A program made the translations under genes and the position numbers. From Bacteroidota bacterium (GTDB lineage: Bacteria; Bacteroidota; Bacteroidia; AKYH767-A; OLB10), in assembly GCA_040007375.1 (NCBI GenBank), contig JBDTVD010000002.1:1-38888 (forward strand): DNA of 38,888 nt, read 5' to 3'. Under the pieces are notes generated by a model that had not been told where the DNA came from, made no database searches, and saw nothing but the letters and a program-made list of their open reading frames with translations. Shown here piece by piece: positions 35,450 to 38,888 of this stretch (position 1 is the stretch's first letter; each line of letters begins with the position of its first letter).

Positions 35450-36724
35450 ATGAGTAATTTCAGCCAGGAGGGTTATCTGAATATGGAACTGTTACGTTTC
35501 ACCACTGCAGGAAGTGTGGATGATGGTAAGAGTACTTTGATAGGAAGATTATTGTACGATAGTAAATCCATTTTTGAAGATCAGCTCGAAGCAGTAAGAA
35601 GAACCAGTGTACAAAAAGGTTTTGAGCATGTGGATTTAAGTCTGTTGACTGACGGTCTTCGTGCGGAGCGTGAACAGGGAATTACTATTGATGTTGCTTA
35701 TCGTTATTTTGCAACACCACGTCGTAAATTTATTATAGCGGATACTCCTGGTCACATTCAATATACACGTAACATGGTAACAGGTGCAAGTACTGCAAAT
35801 GTTGCTTTGATTTTAGTTGATGCCCGTAAAGGTGTACTAGAGCAAACAATACGTCATTCATTTATTGCAGCATTACTTCAGATTCCTCACTTAATTATTT
35901 GCGTGAACAAAATGGATCTTGTTGATTATAGTGAAGAGCGATATTGGGAAGTAGTTGAAGAATATAAAAAGCTTTCTTCAAAACTGGAAATTAAAGATGT
36001 AACGTTTTTACCAATCAGTGCATTGCATGGTGACAATGTAGTTGATAAGTCAACCAACATGAACTGGTATCATGGAACAACATTAATGTATCTGTTAGAA
36101 AACATACACATCAGCAGCGATGAAAATCATATTGACTGCCGTTTTCCTGTTCAGTATGTTATCCGTCCTCAGCAAAAAGAATATCATGATTACAGAGGAT
36201 ATGCAGGACGTATTGCCAGCGGAATTTTTAAACCGGGTGATAAAATAAAAGTATTGCCAAACAGCGAAACTGCAGTAATTAAAAGCATCGAATTATTCGG
36301 TGAGCAGATAACTGAAGCCTTTGCACCGATGTCGGTTACCATGACACTTGACCGAGATGTAGATATCAGTCGCGGTGATATGCTTGTGCGTGAAAACAAT
36401 GTTCCGCACTCGGAAAGTGAATTTGATGTAATGATATGCTGGTTGAATTCCGGCAAGATGGAGTTGGGTGGAAAGTATGCTATCAAGCACACAACAAAAG
36501 AAGCACGCTGCATAATAAAAGACATTCGTTATAAAGTTGATATAAATACCCTGCATCGGAATGAAATTGATAAAAGCATCGGCATGAATGACATTGCACG
36601 TGTTACATTAAAAACAACAGTTCCACTTCATTTCGATCCATACCGTAAAAACAGAATTACAGGAAGTATTATTTTAATTGATGAAGGAACAAATGAAACC
36701 GTAGGTGCAGGTATGATCGTATAA
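35450..36724 (+). CDS. cysN: Sulfate adenylyltransferase subunit 1 (GTPase), without a fused APS-kinase domain
   Basis: 424 aa with G1 AGSVDDGKST, G3 DTPGH and G4 NKMD. Overall EF-Tu-like CysN layout. Confidence 0.9.
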   Translation: MSNFSQEGYLNMELLRFTTAGSVDDGKSTLIGRLLYDSKSIFEDQLEAVRRTSVQKGFEHVDLSLLTDGLRAEREQGITIDVAYRYFATPRRKFIIADTPGHIQYTRNMVTGASTANVALILVDARKGVLEQTIRHSFIAALLQIPHLIICVNKMDLVDYSEERYWEVVEEYKKLSSKLEIKDVTFLPISALHGDNVVDKSTNMNWYHGTTLMYLLENIHISSDENHIDCRFPVQYVIRPQQKEYHDYRGYAGRIASGIFKPGDKIKVLPNSETAVIKSIELFGEQITEAFAPMSVTMTLDRDVDISRGDMLVRENNVPHSESEFDVMICWLNSGKMELGGKYAIKHTTKEARCIIKDIRYKVDINTLHRNEIDKSIGMNDIARVTLKTTVPLHFDPYRKNRITGSIILIDEGTNETVGAGMIV

Positions 36725-36741
36725 AAGGTAAAACAAACACC

Positions 36742-37563
36742 ATGGAAAACTATCATCCTTATCTTTCACTTGCATTGAAGGCTGCAATAATGGCCGGCAA
36801 AGAAATTAAATCTGTTTATGCCAGTGGTAATTTTAATGTGGAACAGAAAGATGATAAAAGTCCTTTAACAGAAGCTGATAAACGTTCACATAAAAAGATT
36901 GCAGATATATTAAGTGAATCCACACTTCCTGTTTTAAGTGAAGAAGGAAAAGCAATTGATTTCGATGAAAGAAGTCACTGGAAATTATTCTGGATGGTGG
37001 ATCCATTGGATGGAACAAAAGAATTTATCAAACGCAATGGTGAGTTTACAGTCAATATTGCACTCATCAGAAGTGGTGAACCTATTTTAGGAGTTATTTA
37101 TGCTCCTGTAATTGATACATTATATTTCGGATGCGAGGATACAGGAAGCTATAAACTGGAAGCTGATGAAGAATATCTTTCACATCTTATGTTAGCACAA
37201 CATGCTGCTGACCGTATCATGCAGGCGGCAACAAAACTTCCGATAAAATATGAACAGAAAGCATTTACCGTTGTTGCAAGCAGAAGTCATATGAGCCCTG
37301 AAACGGAAGCATATATAGAAGACCTGCGTAAACAACATGGTGAAGTGGAACTGATCAGCAAAGGAAGTTCACTTAAATTATGTTTGGTTGCAGAAGGAAG
37401 TGCACAGGTATATCCACGTTTTGCTCCAACTATGGAATGGGATACTGCAGCAGGACAGGCCATTGCAAAGTATGCAGGATTTAATGTAGTAAATGCTGTG
37501 GATCATCAGCCTGTTATATATAATAAGTCAGAATTACTCAATCCCTGGTTTATTGTAGGTTGA
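36742..37563 (+). CDS. cysQ: 3'(2'),5'-bisphosphate nucleotidase (PAP phosphatase)
   Basis: 273 aa with inositol-monophosphatase-fold motifs WMVDPLDGTKEF and WDTAAGQAI. Located directly after cysN. Confidence 0.85.
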   Translation: MENYHPYLSLALKAAIMAGKEIKSVYASGNFNVEQKDDKSPLTEADKRSHKKIADILSESTLPVLSEEGKAIDFDERSHWKLFWMVDPLDGTKEFIKRNGEFTVNIALIRSGEPILGVIYAPVIDTLYFGCEDTGSYKLEADEEYLSHLMLAQHAADRIMQAATKLPIKYEQKAFTVVASRSHMSPETEAYIEDLRKQHGEVELISKGSSLKLCLVAEGSAQVYPRFAPTMEWDTAAGQAIAKYAGFNVVNAVDHQPVIYNKSELLNPWFIVG

Positions 37564-37614
37564 TTTTTTTATTGAGTGCAGTTTAATATATAATAACTTT
37601 CCGGTAATAATTAC

Positions 37615-37638
37615 GCAAACTCAATGAGTGAAGTTTGC
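37615..37638 (+). terminator. Hairpin downstream of cysQ
   Basis: gcaaact-caatgagtga-agtttgc has a 7-bp perfect stem and a 10-nt loop, 52 nt after the cysQ stop. No U-tract follows it. Confidence 0.2.
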
Positions 37639-37838
37639 ATGCATGAAATATCAACTTTCCGATCCTGAAATTTTTATCCGTACACTTACTGCAATAACTA
37701 TAACTATTGCTGCTTTGGCAATAACTTTCCTGGCGCATTTTTAAGATGATATTTTTTTACAGACAGTTTCATTCGGCTTCCCTTAAATTTTATTACAATA
37801 TCATGATGTAAGATTATATTCCTTCTACATTTTACCAT

Positions 37839-37846
37839 TATATTTG
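37839..37846 (+). promoter_or_regulatory. Bacteroidota -7 box candidate (TATATTTG) for the right-edge secreted protein gene
   Basis: Exact TAnnTTTG, 20 nt upstream of ATG 37867. Confidence 0.35.
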
Positions 37847-37866
37847 GTTCATCAACCCCATTTATA

Positions 37867-38888
37867 ATGAAATCATTACTCACTTTATTACTCCTTTCGT
37901 TTATTACATTTTCATACGGACAGCAGTTCACCATTCATCCCATGCCTTCGGGAACATTTACGGTTGTTGAGCTCCGTTACAAAAACGGTATTGCAATAGA
38001 TTCCGGCAATAATTATTGGGTGGCTTTTGATAGAGTTGGACTTGGAAAATATGATGGTTCTTCCTGGACCATGTACGACACCATTAATGGTTTACTTCCT
38101 TCACAAAAAGTAACAGATGTTATAATTGATAATCAGAACAGGATACTTGCTTCTACAGGAAAAGGATTATCAATATACGACGGAACCACCTGGCAGCATT
38201 TTAATAATAGTAATTCACCATTACCAATTGGCGGCGCTACAACAGTAACAAGCAGTGGAAATATAATCTGGGTGGGAACAAATTCCGGTATATATAATTA
38301 TGATGGAACCAACTGGACCTCTTATACAGTATCCACATCAGGACTTGTAAGTGATTCTATAACAGGAATTGCAGTTGGAAATAATGGTTCTGTATGGATT
38401 GGAACCAAACACGGTATTTCTAAATTTTTTAACACTTCATGGAATAACTATTCTTCCTCCAACACTTCTTTATCCAACGATAATATTAAAAGTATTAAAG
38501 CAGACAGTGCGAACGTTGCATGGATAATAAACGCAACCAGTAATTGTTATACTCTTAATAATACTGCAACTGATTTTATAGCACTTTCAGAAATACTGCC
38601 TGCTCCTTTAAATGGATGCAGTACATGGAATTCGCTGGTGTTTTCAGAACTTGCAGAAAATAACGGGTCTATATATGTTATTAAAGACAATCCAAATCCT
38701 GTCCCTTCAACTGCAGAATCAAACAGTATATTGCTTCAGATAACAGCAGATCACAAATTTAAATATACAGGCGCAGAGCATGGCTTAACCAGCGCAACAA
38801 CTCTCTTGCAGATTGATTACCGGAACGGAAAATTTGCTGATATTGGTTTTTATATTCAGTCTACTCAACCATCATTTTATATAGCATC
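37867..38888 (+). CDS. Secreted protein with two-component-regulator propeller (Reg_prop-like) repeats, N-terminal part (runs off the right edge)
   Basis: Absent from the track because there is no stop. My translation from ATG 37867 is stop-free to the window end (340 codons): MKSLLTLLLLSFITFSYGQQFTIHP... There are repeated G.YDG..W..Y / IW.GT..GI units like those in the sensor kinase ectodomain. Confidence 0.6.
   Translation, partial: MKSLLTLLLLSFITFSYGQQFTIHPMPSGTFTVVELRYKNGIAIDSGNNYWVAFDRVGLGKYDGSSWTMYDTINGLLPSQKVTDVIIDNQNRILASTGKGLSIYDGTTWQHFNNSNSPLPIGGATTVTSSGNIIWVGTNSGIYNYDGTNWTSYTVSTSGLVSDSITGIAVGNNGSVWIGTKHGISKFFNTSWNNYSSSNTSLSNDNIKSIKADSANVAWIINATSNCYTLNNTATDFIALSEILPAPLNGCSTWNSLVFSELAENNGSIYVIKDNPNPVPSTAESNSILLQITADHKFKYTGAEHGLTSATTLLQIDYRNGKFADIGFYIQSTQPSFYIA

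Noticed and set aside
37704-37934. 76-aa minus-strand track ORF
   Set aside because: It overlaps the promoter box and the first 68 nt of the well-supported secreted-protein gene at 37867. It lies in AT-rich intergenic DNA and has no motifs.

Overview
AT-rich, Bacteroidota-like chromosomal segment. This is suggested by TAnnTTTG-type promoter boxes, tight gene packing without obvious SD spacing, and a Reg_prop/Y_Y_Y sensor kinase with DUF5777-like and tRNA_anti-like OB-fold proteins. GC content was not computed. Layout: (i) 1-1934 holds a partial secreted surface protein (-) and a small DMT-type membrane protein (+). (ii) 2032-26079 is a ~24 kb glycan/exopolysaccharide locus. It has divergently transcribed gmd-fcl (GDP-fucose) and an 18-gene co-directional block: a Wzc-type tyrosine autokinase, an MsbA/PglK-like ABC exporter, an MBOAT with an SGNH/DltD-like partner, WecB, a FemAB-like transferase, a SAM methyltransferase, a CE4-like deacetylase, 2 GT2 and 4 GT-B glycosyltransferases, an SDR epimerase, a Wzy_C/O-antigen-ligase-like membrane protein, an AsnB-like amidotransferase and a WcaF-like acetyltransferase. 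I could not recognise a Wzx, Wza or priming phosphoglycosyl transferase. (iii) 26194-33623 is an eight-gene minus-strand module made only of regulators and exported proteins: YceI, a propeller/Y_Y_Y LytS-type kinase, a LytTR regulator, two lipoproteins carrying three copies of a PSCyt1-like cytochrome-c-type domain, an anchored OB-fold protein, a second YceI and a DUF5777-like beta-barrel. (iv) 33738-37563 is cysC-cysD-[207 bp repeat-rich spacer]-cysN-cysQ, a PAPS-making and PAP-recycling set with no sulfate-reduction genes. (v) 37867 to the end is a partial secreted propeller-repeat protein. No rRNA, tRNA, CRISPR, transposase or integrase was seen. The best candidate for an undescribed system is the envelope module in (iii). 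Secondary candidates are the WecB-FemAB-methyltransferase-deacetylase glycan-tailoring cassette, and a shared AT-rich cis-element that may link the glycan operon to the PAPS operon. All family assignments come from motif recognition by eye, not from database searches.
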